Assembly (NCBI GenBank): GCA_021513715.1
Contig: CP084167.1
Span: 1,945,943 to 2,009,942 of the forward strand
Length of the DNA stretch: 64,000 nucleotides
Source: Candidatus Heimdallarchaeum endolithica
Lineage (GTDB): Archaea > Asgardarchaeota > Heimdallarchaeia > Heimdallarchaeales > Heimdallarchaeaceae
Reading direction: 5' to 3'
Position numbers and translations under genes: made by a program. This document shows, piece by piece, positions 27,124-37,150 of this stretch (its first letter is position 1; each line of letters begins with the position of its first letter). The notes beneath the pieces are model-generated. The model was not told the origin of the DNA. It saw nothing but the letters and a program-made list of their open reading frames with translations, and made no database searches.

Positions 27124-27133
27124 GTAGTTTATT
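27124..27133. repeat. flanking direct repeat GTAGTTTATT
   Basis: Identical to 26352..26361. Confidence 0.65.
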
Positions 27134-27377
27134 TAACAAAGAAGGTTAAAAATCAGATATTTATGCTCAATGTCTCTTTTTTTCTTTGGGTTTCTTATCT
27201 ATTAAAAGAGTAAAGGAATTACCAAAAAAAGTGATAACAATGTTTGACCCAGTAGAAGACATGCCAGAAGATGCAGATTGCATCCCTCCTTTATACTTTC
27301 CTTAAGTAGAAAGGAATTCTTTCTTTTTTTTTTATTTTCATTAAAAGGTTGGTAAAATAGAAGAAAAAAGAGTTAAT

Positions 27378-28832
27378 TTAGATGTCAGTCCGATTATAGT
27401 CAATAGTAGTATCCCGAAATCTAGGATGAAACTTTTTAATTACTTCAACTGGAATTCGTTTAAGTACACGTTCTGGGTCATCAAAAATAGATAATAACTC
27501 CCAACCTATATCTAAGCTTTCAAAAATTGTTCTATCTTCATGATAGTCTTGATTAATAAATTTCTCTTCAAATAGATCTGCAAATTGTAAAGTTTTTCGA
27601 TCTAAATCTGAGAGACTTTCTGAACCAACAACTGCAACAAGGTCTCTTAAATCTCTACCGTCTGCATATAAAGCATATAATTGGTCAGCCACATATTTAT
27701 GATCACTACGAGTAGAATTAATACCAATACATTCCTTCATAAGACGACTTAGACTGGGTAAAGGATTAATAGGAGGATATAAACCTTTGCGGTTCAAACC
27801 TACATCAATGTAAATTTGTCCTTCAGTAATATAACCTGTTAAATCAGGAACAGGGTGAGTAATATCAAAATTAGGCATTGTTAAAATAGGTATTTGTGTA
27901 ATAGACCCTTTTTTTCCACGTATTTTTCCTGCTCTTTCATATATTGTAGCAAAATCGCTGTATAAATATCCTGGATAACCTCTTCTTCCAGGAACTTCAT
28001 TTCTTGCTGCACCAATCTCTCTCAGTGCTTCAGCATATGTTGTCATATCTGTTAAGATTACTAAAACTTGATATCCTTTCTCAAAAGCCAAATATTCTGC
28101 TGCAGTTAACGCAATTCTAGGAGTTAGCAACCTTTCTACTGCTGGATCATCTGCTAGGTTTAAGAACAATACAGTTCTTTCTAATGCACCAGTTGATTCA
28201 AAATCATCTCTAAAAAACCTTGCTTCATCAGCTGTCAATCCCATAGCACAAAAAACAACAGCAAAATCTTCTTCTTCACCTAACACTTTAGCTTGTCTTG
28301 CAATTTGAGCAGCGATTCTATTATGAGGTAAACCACTTCCTGAAAAGAGAGGTAATTTTTGTCCTCTCACCAATGTCAATAATGTATCAATAGTAGAGAT
28401 TCCTGTTTGAATAAATTCTTTTGGATATTCTCTAGCAGACGGATTAATGGGTGCACCATTTATATCCAGTATTTTTTCCATAGCAACTGGTCCTCCACCA
28501 TCAATTGTTATTCCTCTTCCACTAAAAACTCTTCCCAAGATTTCGTGGCTTACTCCAAACTCCATCGTTCGACCTAAAAATCGTACTCTAGTTTTATCAG
28601 TCTCCAAACCCCGGGTTCCTTCAAAAACTTGAACTACAGCAAGATTTTGAGAAACTTCAAGAACTTGTCCATTTCTTTTTTCCCCATCAACTGTTTCAAT
28701 CTCAACGATTTCACCGTAGGAAACTCCACCTTTATTTCTTAAGTCAACAAACAGTAGAGGACCACTAACTTGTTGTACAGTTTGAAATTCTCTATAATTT
28801 AATTGTAATTTTTCATCCATTTTCTTCACCAA
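27378..28832 (-). CDS. atpB: A-type (V/A) ATP synthase subunit B
   Basis: 484 aa. Typical regulatory-subunit sequence ([27 protein letters not shown]). Lies 2 nt downstream of atpA. Confidence 0.9.
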   Translation of the reverse strand: MVKKMDEKLQLNYREFQTVQQVSGPLLFVDLRNKGGVSYGEIVEIETVDGEKRNGQVLEVSQNLAVVQVFEGTRGLETDKTRVRFLGRTMEFGVSHEILGRVFSGRGITIDGGGPVAMEKILDINGAPINPSAREYPKEFIQTGISTIDTLLTLVRGQKLPLFSGSGLPHNRIAAQIARQAKVLGEEEDFAVVFCAMGLTADEARFFRDDFESTGALERTVLFLNLADDPAVERLLTPRIALTAAEYLAFEKGYQVLVILTDMTTYAEALREIGAARNEVPGRRGYPGYLYSDFATIYERAGKIRGKKGSITQIPILTMPNFDITHPVPDLTGYITEGQIYIDVGLNRKGLYPPINPLPSLSRLMKECIGINSTRSDHKYVADQLYALYADGRDLRDLVAVVGSESLSDLDRKTLQFADLFEEKFINQDYHEDRTIFESLDIGWELLSIFDDPERVLKRIPVEVIKKFHPRFRDTTIDYNRTDI

Positions 28833-28834
28833 AT

Positions 28835-31800
28835 TTAACTCAAATCTTCTACACCTACATCTGTATGGCTGATACCATCAATTTCAGCGATAAGAGCATT
28901 AATTTCTTCTTCTACATCTTCTTGTACGATATACTTCATTCTTGCGATTTTAACCACAATATCGTGTTCGAATATATTCTTCACTTCTGCACCCCTTTGA
29001 TACAAATCATTTGCTTTATGATAGAAACTCAATATTGCCTTTAACATAAGATATTGTTTTTGCATACTACAGAACGAATCTACCTCGTGAAAAGCATTCT
29101 GTTGTAGAAAAGATTCTTTAATCATTCTAGCAATTTCTAAAACAATTTTCTCTTTAGGAGGTAGTGCATCAGGGCCAACAAGAGAAACAATTTCAGAAAG
29201 TTCTTTATCTTTTTGTAATAAAGCCATAGCTTCTGCGCGCAATTCTGGGAATTCTGGATCAATATTAGTTGAATACCAGTCCTGTAATGCATTCCAATAC
29301 AAAGTATAACTTAAAAGATAGTCGATTGCAGGAAAATGCCTTCTTGCTGCAAGATCCTTACTTAATGCCCAAAATACTTTTACAATTCTCAAAGTATTTT
29401 GAGTAACTGGCTCACTAAAATCGCCTCCAGGAGGACTTACAGCCCCAACAACTGTGATACTAGCAGTTCTTGGTTCTGAGCCCAAAGTTAATACCCTACC
29501 AGCTCTTTCATAATATTGAGCAACTTTTGAAGCCAGATAAGCAGGAAAACCTTCTTCACCAGGCATTTCTTCTAGTCTTCCAGATATTTCTCTTAATGCC
29601 TCAGCCCATCGGGAAGTTGAATCAGCCATCATTGCTACATCATAACCCATATCTCTAAAGAATTCAGCCATTGTTATTCCAGTGTAAACACTTGCTTCTC
29701 TTGCAGCTACAGGCATGTTGGAAGTGTTAGCTATTAATGTAGTTCTATCCATTAGGGGGCCACCAGTATACGGATCAACAAGTTTAGGGAACTCTCTTAA
29801 GACATCAGTCATCTCATTTCCTCTTTCACCACAACCCACATAAACAACGATCTTAGCATCCGACCATTTAGCTAGTTGATGCTGTGATACAGTATTATGT
29901 AGGGTAAATGGTAATTTTCCTCCAACAAAGTTATGATATTCGTCTACTGTTAAATCATAGACATCGGTTTCCTGTTCGATTATTGAAATTTCTTTTATTC
30001 TATCGAAAAATACATGTTCTACTAATTCATGAAGATAGGCTCGATTACTAAAATCATCCAAAGTGTTAGTATCAAAGTTAGAATTTGTTACATTTACCAT
30101 CTGTTCTATTACGACAGAAATATTATTTGACTGAACAACTTTTCTTGCTAATTGTGTAATATTATTAGTTTCTTGATACTGGTATAGTTGGTACATTTTT
30201 TCATGTTTAGTAGTATTATAATGAGAGAACTTTTCTATCAACTTCAGTAATTCTTTCTCTTTTATTTCTAAAACAAAGTTGTTTTGATCTTTTAGATTAT
30301 AAACAATACCTAATCGTGTTAGGAGATAGGAAAATTCTGATAATTGGAATTTGTTTTTATGGTAGATTTGAAGAGTAGTATCATTGAACGATGCATTTAT
30401 TGCAAAGTAACCATTTAGATAATGAACCAACAGCTCATCGGATGATTGCATCAAGAGTTTTGGAACACAAACATCAGAATCTGTCAAACTGCTTTTAAGT
30501 CCAAGATATTGAAGGAATTTAACAACTACAGAACTTGAAAAATGTACAAAATTTTCCCCTATTGTGCTATCATAATCATAGGCACAAAATAGTCCAAATA
30601 TTTGCTCTGTAAGATCATTAAAACGATTCAACAAAGATTCTGAATTTGTGCTAAAGAAAATAGTTTCATCTCTAATAGTACCATTAGCTGTAAAGAGTCC
30701 TAACCATTCAGCAAGTTCACTAGTCATATAAGCAGGTAAATTCACAACTGAAGAATTAGTTTCTTCACGTAATACAGAAACATTGATCTCTGGTTCTCCA
30801 GCTAATTTAGTTAGTTTACGCAAAAATGCTAAGGTAGGCTCTTTTTCTTTGTTTAGATATTTCGTTAAAATGTTGAATGAAAGATTAGTTTTTTGAGCAA
30901 TTTCTTCCAAGGACATTACTTCACTTAGCTTATTGATAATTTCTTCCATCCTCATTAAAGCTTGTGCGTCAGCAACTCTAAGTGATAGATCGATATCATA
31001 GACACTAATAGGGTTTTGTTGTCCTTTAATTTGAAGATGGCGAGGAACAATAAGCAAATCACCAGGTTGTAAATACTGTGATTCTACCTCTTCTATTTTA
31101 CGTCCATTGAACCTAAAAAGTTTATGAACAGGTGTAACTGTAACTTCTCTTCCACTATTTGTTTTTACACTTATCAGCCTTGAAGTTTTTCCACGATAAA
31201 TGTAACTTGCTTTTTGCTCAACATATGATTCTCCATTAAAACTTAGTATAGAAAGATCACCAGTAATTTTTATCAGAGTTTCATTTTCATCATCTAATTC
31301 AATCAATCCATCGTTTTGAATAAAACTTTTATAAAGATCCTTTATTTCTACCAAACTTCCATCGCTTAGGAATACTGGAGTGGAACCAATAACGCATTTC
31401 CCAGTACCAAAACCCCCAGGAATTGCTCCAGTTCCTCCTTTTGCAATAGGGGCAAAAGTATCAAATATTCTTTGCCCAGTTATAAGAGGAACATTACTTG
31501 GTAAACGTTTATATATTGGCCTAGGAGTTCGGACAGGCCATTTATGGAAAAATTGTAAATTTATTTTTTCTCCACTAGCTGTTAACACTGTTGCTGCAGT
31601 TTCATCTATGGTATAATCTCCTGCAGGAGCAATGTATTCTAGCGTTCCCTTTATGTAAGGAGGTACTAACAGCTTAAAATCAACTGTTGGCGTTTCAGGA
31701 ATAGTTCCTAATATATCTCCGCCTACCACCTTATCTCCTTTCTTAAGTATTGGACGAAAATCCCACAACTTTTTATGATCTAATCCAGGAACATCAATTC

Positions 31801-32122
31801 CTCGAGATATATTATCCCCTGTCAATTTTTGTATTTCTGGAAGAGGACGTTGAATCCCATCATATATTTGACGAAGTAAACCAGGTCCTAGCTCAACTGA
31901 AAGAGGACTGTTTGTGGGATACACAGGTTCTCCTGGTGTTAAACCGTCAGTGCTTTCATAAACTTGAATTGTAGCTACGTTACCCTCTAGCCTAATTATT
32001 TCTCCAACTAGTCGTTCATCCCCTACTCTTGCTACATCATAAAGTTTAGTTCCAAGCATGTTAGATGCTTGAACTACAGGACCTGAAATTTTATTTATTA
32101 CTCCAACTTTGGCATCATTCAT
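28835..32122 (-). CDS. atpA: A-type (V/A) ATP synthase catalytic subunit A, interrupted by a 501-aa intein
   Basis: 1095 aa. The extein halves join as GGFGTGK|[12 protein letters not shown], restoring the P-loop GxxGxGKT. Combined extein is 594 aa, with [10 protein letters not shown] and [14 protein letters not shown] motifs. Confidence 0.9.
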   Translation of the reverse strand: MNDAKVGVINKISGPVVQASNMLGTKLYDVARVGDERLVGEIIRLEGNVATIQVYESTDGLTPGEPVYPTNSPLSVELGPGLLRQIYDGIQRPLPEIQKLTGDNISRGIDVPGLDHKKLWDFRPILKKGDKVVGGDILGTIPETPTVDFKLLVPPYIKGTLEYIAPAGDYTIDETAATVLTASGEKINLQFFHKWPVRTPRPIYKRLPSNVPLITGQRIFDTFAPIAKGGTGAIPGGFGTGKCVIGSTPVFLSDGSLVEIKDLYKSFIQNDGLIELDDENETLIKITGDLSILSFNGESYVEQKASYIYRGKTSRLISVKTNSGREVTVTPVHKLFRFNGRKIEEVESQYLQPGDLLIVPRHLQIKGQQNPISVYDIDLSLRVADAQALMRMEEIINKLSEVMSLEEIAQKTNLSFNILTKYLNKEKEPTLAFLRKLTKLAGEPEINVSVLREETNSSVVNLPAYMTSELAEWLGLFTANGTIRDETIFFSTNSESLLNRFNDLTEQIFGLFCAYDYDSTIGENFVHFSSSVVVKFLQYLGLKSSLTDSDVCVPKLLMQSSDELLVHYLNGYFAINASFNDTTLQIYHKNKFQLSEFSYLLTRLGIVYNLKDQNNFVLEIKEKELLKLIEKFSHYNTTKHEKMYQLYQYQETNNITQLARKVVQSNNISVVIEQMVNVTNSNFDTNTLDDFSNRAYLHELVEHVFFDRIKEISIIEQETDVYDLTVDEYHNFVGGKLPFTLHNTVSQHQLAKWSDAKIVVYVGCGERGNEMTDVLREFPKLVDPYTGGPLMDRTTLIANTSNMPVAAREASVYTGITMAEFFRDMGYDVAMMADSTSRWAEALREISGRLEEMPGEEGFPAYLASKVAQYYERAGRVLTLGSEPRTASITVVGAVSPPGGDFSEPVTQNTLRIVKVFWALSKDLAARRHFPAIDYLLSYTLYWNALQDWYSTNIDPEFPELRAEAMALLQKDKELSEIVSLVGPDALPPKEKIVLEIARMIKESFLQQNAFHEVDSFCSMQKQYLMLKAILSFYHKANDLYQRGAEVKNIFEHDIVVKIARMKYIVQEDVEEEINALIAEIDGISHTDVGVEDLS
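29894..31396 (-). other. intein in atpA (P-loop insertion) with degenerate LAGLIDADG domain
   Basis: Begins [10 protein letters not shown] (Cys1 codon 31396..31394). Block B TPVH. Ends FTLHN (Asn codon 29896..29894), followed by Thr+1. The LAGLIDADG-like motifs LGLFTANGT and [10 protein letters not shown] both lack the acidic residue. Confidence 0.85.
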
Positions 32123-32221
32123 TCTCTATCTTTCTCGCTTCTGATAAACCACTGTAAAAAAAGAATTTTTTAAGTTTATCTAAGAGAACAAGAAATCATC
32201 ATCCAATGTTTTTTTAAATTT

Positions 32222-32773
32222 CTATATTGTTCTGACAGAGCCACCTAATTTAGTAATAATAAAATCTGTAATCTCTTCAATGGTCTTTTCATCATCACAA
32301 TATATTGCATGCTCTTTAAGTTCTGGGAGCCATTTTTTATAGATATAAAATTTCTTGGAAGAAGATTGAGTTGAAGAATATTCCTTACATTTCTCTATGA
32401 GTGCTTTATTTTGGGAATAGGTGACACTAGCTAAAATACAGTATCTATAGGAGTGAGTAGGACCATTATCAGAATACGATACTTTAAACCCATTTTCATT
32501 CAATAAATCTTTTTTATCTTTTATACTCAAAATAGAAGATTTTTCTTTTAAACATAACTTTTTTTCTAATTTGAGTAGTTCAATATAATCAGATTCAGTA
32601 ACAGGCAATTTAAGAAATTTATATCTATATTCAAAGTAATCTATTCTTCCCTCTATAAAACTAAAAAGAGAATCAGATAATTCATTTTTATAATAACTTA
32701 ACTCATTTCTCAATTCTGATAAAATAGATGGTATATCAGAATATTTCTTACAAAAATCATTCATATCAATCAT
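32222..32773 (-). CDS. hypothetical protein
   Basis: 183-aa ORF directly upstream of atpA on the same strand. No recognisable motif. Confidence 0.4.
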   Translation of the reverse strand: MIDMNDFCKKYSDIPSILSELRNELSYYKNELSDSLFSFIEGRIDYFEYRYKFLKLPVTESDYIELLKLEKKLCLKEKSSILSIKDKKDLLNENGFKVSYSDNGPTHSYRYCILASVTYSQNKALIEKCKEYSSTQSSSKKFYIYKKWLPELKEHAIYCDDEKTIEEITDFIITKLGGSVRTI

Positions 32774-32845
32774 TTATTAATCATAAATTATAATGAAAAA
32801 ATAGTATAAAAAACTAAAAAAAGATATAAAATTTATAAAATACAA

Positions 32846-34027
32846 TTAAAGTTTAACAACCCACGGTTCAGTTTGTCTATTTGTTAAAAAAACACAACCG
32901 TTCTCAGTTACCTTAATCATTTCTTCAATTGAACAGTAACCATATTTTTCCAGATAAACATGTAATTCTAGTGTAAATATATTATTTTTCTCAATTTTTA
33001 GTTCTGGTGATCGCCCATATTTCTCCCACTTTGGTCCAATTAAACAACCTCCGTCATGAACATTAATACCTACTTGATGACCTAATGCATGCATAAATTC
33101 AGGATATCCTGAAGAAACAACATACTCTCTTGCTATATTGTCAATCTCATATCCTTTCATTCCAGGTCTAATTTTATCAGCAGCTTCAGTAATAGCATTC
33201 TTACAAGTATCAAATGCCTTTTTAACTTCAAGTGGAACAGAAGTTTCCTTTTCACCAAGAACATATGTTAATCTTTGAATATCAGAGGCATAACCATCAT
33301 ATATCACTCCATAATCAACATTAACCAAATAACCGTGTTTCACTGTAATTATTGAGGAAGGGCTCCCATGCCCGATAGTTGTTTCTGGACCAACATTAAT
33401 TAAAGGAGGGTATGCATATTCAACTCCAAATTTTTCATTATTTGCTTTTAAAATATTTGCAAGGTCAGTTTCAGTCATTCCAAGTTGAATATTATTTTTT
33501 AATAATTCATGACCTACCTCACTTATCTCTACAGCTTTCTTAATTCTGTCTACTTCTTCTGGAATTTTTCTTCCTCTTAAAGCTGTTAAGATTTTTTCAG
33601 ATGATATTAATCTGTCCTTATATGGTGTTCCTTCGAGAATTTTTCTCAATTTTAAGTAGAGACCATATGTTAGTCCATCAGCAGCAACATTATCTTCAGA
33701 ATAGTTAACTGCAATTGTTTCAGGTTTATTACGTTCTAAAATATTTAGTAACTCATCTTTGATTCCTAAATCATAAGATACAATTTCATCATATATCTGT
33801 TGTTTTTTGATATCAGGTGCATCATATCGACCTACAATTACTATTTTTTTACCTTCTTTGGTTAAAATGAAGCAAGTTTGCCAAGTTAACCAAGTATTTT
33901 CAGTTAAAAAGAAAAGACTTGGATCTCGAATCTCTGATGTTTTCCTAACGTAAGTCAACCACATATCAATATTTAATTCTTGAAGAATTGCTATTGCTTG
34001 TTTCACTTTTTCTTTTATTAAACTCAT
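32846..34027 (-). CDS. M24-family Xaa-Pro aminopeptidase/dipeptidase
   Basis: 393 aa. Pita-bread metal-ligand pattern (VDYGVIYDGYASDIQR, HALGHQVGINVHD, ELH...EE). Confidence 0.75.
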   Translation of the reverse strand: MSLIKEKVKQAIAILQELNIDMWLTYVRKTSEIRDPSLFFLTENTWLTWQTCFILTKEGKKIVIVGRYDAPDIKKQQIYDEIVSYDLGIKDELLNILERNKPETIAVNYSEDNVAADGLTYGLYLKLRKILEGTPYKDRLISSEKILTALRGRKIPEEVDRIKKAVEISEVGHELLKNNIQLGMTETDLANILKANNEKFGVEYAYPPLINVGPETTIGHGSPSSIITVKHGYLVNVDYGVIYDGYASDIQRLTYVLGEKETSVPLEVKKAFDTCKNAITEAADKIRPGMKGYEIDNIAREYVVSSGYPEFMHALGHQVGINVHDGGCLIGPKWEKYGRSPELKIEKNNIFTLELHVYLEKYGYCSIEEMIKVTENGCVFLTNRQTEPWVVKL

Positions 34028-34113
34028 AAAATGCTATTGTTACTTTGGAATTTAAGATTTATTGAAAAATCAATTCAAAAAGTCACAAAGTTTTTTTTTC
34101 TAACTTAAGATAA

Positions 34114-34923
34114 GTGTATATGGACATTTTGCAGTTCTTAGTAGTTGTTCTTTCTTTGATACTAATAATTAGTAGTCTTTTTCTGTTACTAATCAAAAAT
34201 GAAGAAAAAAAAAGCAAATACTTTTGGATTGTTTTTATAGGGGGTATGGGGTGGTTAATTGCTTTTCTTTTGCGTATTATCCCTCTAAATCTTGCAAAAG
34301 CACTCACACTAGTTTCTTTAGGAATAGATTTATCCGACACACAAGCAGTACAAGCCGCTTCACATAATAATGTTCTTGTTCTTATATGGGGGCCCATTTT
34401 TGCTGGTTTATTCGAAGAATTCTGCAGGTATTTTCTTATTTCAAAAATAAGAGATGTAAAATCTAATTATCCAAAAGGCCCAATAATATTAGGGTTAGGA
34501 TGGACTTTAGGAGAGATAATTTACATTCATACAGCATACTTAATTTCGATGAACACATTAAATATACCTTGGGAAACATCTGCATGGTCACTTGTATTAG
34601 CAAGTTTGTTTGAACGCTTTACAGTTTCTGTTTTTCATGTTTTGATGAGTTTAATCATTTTTCAGTCAATTCTTGAAAAACGTTTGAAGAAAAGATACGG
34701 ATTGTGGATAGCTATAACTCTACACATACTATTTGATGGACTAATTATTGTGTGGATAATATTCTTTCCTTTAGAGAATCTCATTAATATTTGGACTTTA
34801 GAAATGGCTTTTGCACTTCAAACTCTAATTACTCTGATATTCGTTTCAAAGTATTGGGATAGAAAAATAAGAGAAAAACTAGGTTCATTATCAAACGAAG
34901 AAGCAATTAATTTAGTAACTTAA
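34114..34923 (+). CDS. polytopic membrane protein, CPBP/YhfC-like intramembrane glutamic protease family
   Basis: 269 aa with multiple TM helices. FEEFCRYF (EExxxR), SVFHVLMS (FxxxH) and LHILFDG (HxxxD) motifs. Confidence 0.5.
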   Translation: MYMDILQFLVVVLSLILIISSLFLLLIKNEEKKSKYFWIVFIGGMGWLIAFLLRIIPLNLAKALTLVSLGIDLSDTQAVQAASHNNVLVLIWGPIFAGLFEEFCRYFLISKIRDVKSNYPKGPIILGLGWTLGEIIYIHTAYLISMNTLNIPWETSAWSLVLASLFERFTVSVFHVLMSLIIFQSILEKRLKKRYGLWIAITLHILFDGLIIVWIIFFPLENLINIWTLEMAFALQTLITLIFVSKYWDRKIREKLGSLSNEEAINLVT

Positions 34924-34969
34924 AAAGCAAAATACAAAAATTTTTGAATTTTTTCTTCTTTTTTAGAAT

Positions 34970-35479
34970 ATGAAACACGAACTAGAAAAAATAAGCCCAT
35001 ATTTATTTCCAAATCCCGCACTATTAATATCTTGTAAGAGTAGTAACAAAGAATCTATAATCACACTTTCTTGGGTAGGGACAAGTTGTTCTGAACCACC
35101 AATGGTCTCTATCGGGATTCGTCCTACCAGATATTCGTACAATATTATAAAAGAATCAGGTGAATTTGTAATTAATGTACCAACTTCAGAAATGATAGAA
35201 AAAGTGAAATTTTGTGGAACAAAATCAGGAAAAGATGTTGATAAGTGGATGAAATGTAATTTTACAAAAGAGAAACCTAGTAAAGTGAACACACCTTTAA
35301 TTAAAGAATGTCCTGTAAATATTGAATGTACAGTAAAGAAAATTATTGAGTTAGGAAGTCATCATCTTTTTATTGCAGAGATTGTTGCAGTTCATATGGA
35401 TGAAAATTGGAGAAAGAGTAAATATGAAGGAATGGTTACTTATTCTTTAGGTCAGTATGGTAAAACAGTTCCACTGTAA
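34970..35479 (+). CDS. flavin reductase-like (FMN-binding split-barrel) protein
   Basis: 169 aa. ITLSWVGTSCSEPPMVSIGIRP...GEFVINVP is typical of the flavoredoxin/flavin reductase family. Confidence 0.65.
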   Translation: MKHELEKISPYLFPNPALLISCKSSNKESIITLSWVGTSCSEPPMVSIGIRPTRYSYNIIKESGEFVINVPTSEMIEKVKFCGTKSGKDVDKWMKCNFTKEKPSKVNTPLIKECPVNIECTVKKIIELGSHHLFIAEIVAVHMDENWRKSKYEGMVTYSLGQYGKTVPL

Positions 35480-35537
35480 CCAAAAAATGCACAAAATTTT
35501 TTACGATATGAAACTATTTTATATCATAGTGATTAAA

Positions 35538-35789
35538 ATGAACAAAGAAAAATATACAACAGATATTTTGGACATAATGGCCACTCAAAAACGTGGTTTT
35601 AGTGTAGCTGATATAATGTTACAATTAAATACGCTTTATGCTCCCAGAGGAGAAAAACCAGATCAAAAAGTAGTAGAAGAGGTACTCAATGAGCTAACAG
35701 AAAAAGGATATCTAAAAAGATTCACAGTCGGAATTATTCCACAGTGGAAAATTACAGAAGAAGGAGAAGATTATTTTTATAGTCTATAA
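35538..35789 (+). CDS. small winged-helix DNA-binding protein
   Basis: ATG at 35538 (the track ORF starts earlier and overlaps the previous gene). wHTH-like pattern (FSVADIMLQLN...VLNELTEKGYLKR). Its stop abuts the start of the next gene. Confidence 0.4.
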   Translation: MNKEKYTTDILDIMATQKRGFSVADIMLQLNTLYAPRGEKPDQKVVEEVLNELTEKGYLKRFTVGIIPQWKITEEGEDYFYSL

Positions 35790-36569
35790 ATGTGTGATGC
35801 AAGAATGAGCTTTAAAAAAAACATTGGTTTACCAATGGAAAGTTTTGAGGAAGAGCTTTATTTTAATAGAGAACTAATTCATACAAAAGGATTAAGAGAG
35901 TTTTCTTTATCGGAAGTTGTATTTAGAGGAAAAAATAAAGAAGATGAAAAAGAAAAAATAATTGTTTTCAAAAAATATCAAGATATTTTCCTTACTGAAC
36001 ATAAGCCACATTTTGATGATGTTCGATTTGATATTTTTGTTATGTTACCTGGTTTTCATTCAGGTGAGTTTAACCATATTCCAGGCTATTATAGGAATTA
36101 TGCAGACAATGGATTTCATTTTCCTGAGCTGTTTCAAGTTGTCGAAGGTTATGCAGAATTTCTTCTTCAACAACCAGCTGAAAAACACGAAAAAGTAAAA
36201 GATTGTATTTTATACAGATGTCAAATTGGAGAAATAGTTACAATACCTCCGGCACATGGAGTAACAATAATCAACCCAACTGATAAAAAAACAGTTGTAA
36301 TTCGACTTAGAGCTAGAGATGCAGAGTCTATCCATGAGCATTACAATATGACGAGAGGAGCATGTTATTACAGAGAACAAAATGACAAATGGATTTTTAA
36401 TTCCAACTATGAAGAAATAGCAACAATGAAACTACTACCTACACAAAAAAAATGGAAAGTTTTTCAAAAAGAGATCCCAATTTACCAATCGTTTATCAAC
36501 AACACATGGTCTCAAAAATTTCTACTGGAACCAAACCCTGTTGATTTCACAATAGATACACTCATATAA
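35790..36569 (+). CDS. cupin-fold protein, possibly related to cupin-type glucose-6-phosphate isomerase
   Basis: 259 aa. PELFQVVEGYAEFLLQ and IVTIPPAHGVTIINP resemble cupin motifs 1 and 2. The metal-ligand His pattern is not canonical. Confidence 0.35.
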   Translation: MCDARMSFKKNIGLPMESFEEELYFNRELIHTKGLREFSLSEVVFRGKNKEDEKEKIIVFKKYQDIFLTEHKPHFDDVRFDIFVMLPGFHSGEFNHIPGYYRNYADNGFHFPELFQVVEGYAEFLLQQPAEKHEKVKDCILYRCQIGEIVTIPPAHGVTIINPTDKKTVVIRLRARDAESIHEHYNMTRGACYYREQNDKWIFNSNYEEIATMKLLPTQKKWKVFQKEIPIYQSFINNTWSQKFLLEPNPVDFTIDTLI

Positions 36570-36652
36570 AATAATTTTTTCTTTTTTCATCAACAGTTGA
36601 GAGCAAAATTAGACCATAAAAACTATACAATAAAATTGACAAATGTCAAATG

Positions 36653-37054
36653 TCATTTAAGTTTATTGAGAGTTTCCAACAAACTTTTTATTGCGTTATT
36701 AATAGAAATTATTTCATCTATGTTTTCAGAAATTTCTAGCTGCTTATTTAATTGACTTAATTTTTTCATGATTACACTTTGTGTTTCAAGTAGAGTTTCA
36801 TGGGTAATATTACTACCATGCTGCGATATCTGGTACTGAGATTTGACTTGATTCGAGGACATTTGCTTCCTTTGCTGTAATTTTGATTTTTCATCAACCA
36901 ACACATATTCTTGTTTACATTTAACACAAATTATTTTACCACCATACTCATATAAGGGGGAATAGCATTTAGGACAAGCCTTGTTTAACATTTTTCCACC
37001 CTTTAATAATATATCTGCCCCTGCTTTTGAATAGTCATCAGAACTGTTGTTCAT
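36653..37054 (-). CDS. Zn-ribbon protein of the SSSCA1 (autoantigen p27) / COG1645 family
   Basis: GGKMLNKACPKCYSPLYEYGGKIICVKCKQEY followed by a coiled-coil tail. Confidence 0.55.
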   Translation of the reverse strand: MNNSSDDYSKAGADILLKGGKMLNKACPKCYSPLYEYGGKIICVKCKQEYVLVDEKSKLQQRKQMSSNQVKSQYQISQHGSNITHETLLETQSVIMKKLSQLNKQLEISENIDEIISINNAIKSLLETLNKLK

Positions 37055-37150
37055 TAGTTTCTTGTTTTTTTTTTCATTATATAATATTTATTATAGAAAA
37101 TAAAATTAGAATAAAATAATCTTCAATATACTAGTCTTCAATATACAATT

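Noticed and set aside
27134-27377. A 37-codon minus-strand ORF (MQSASSGMSS...) downstream of atpB, considered as a truncated atpD.
   Set aside because: It has no similarity to the subunit D N-terminus, the Shine-Dalgarno-like AGGAGG is too close to the ATG, and it is too short to support.
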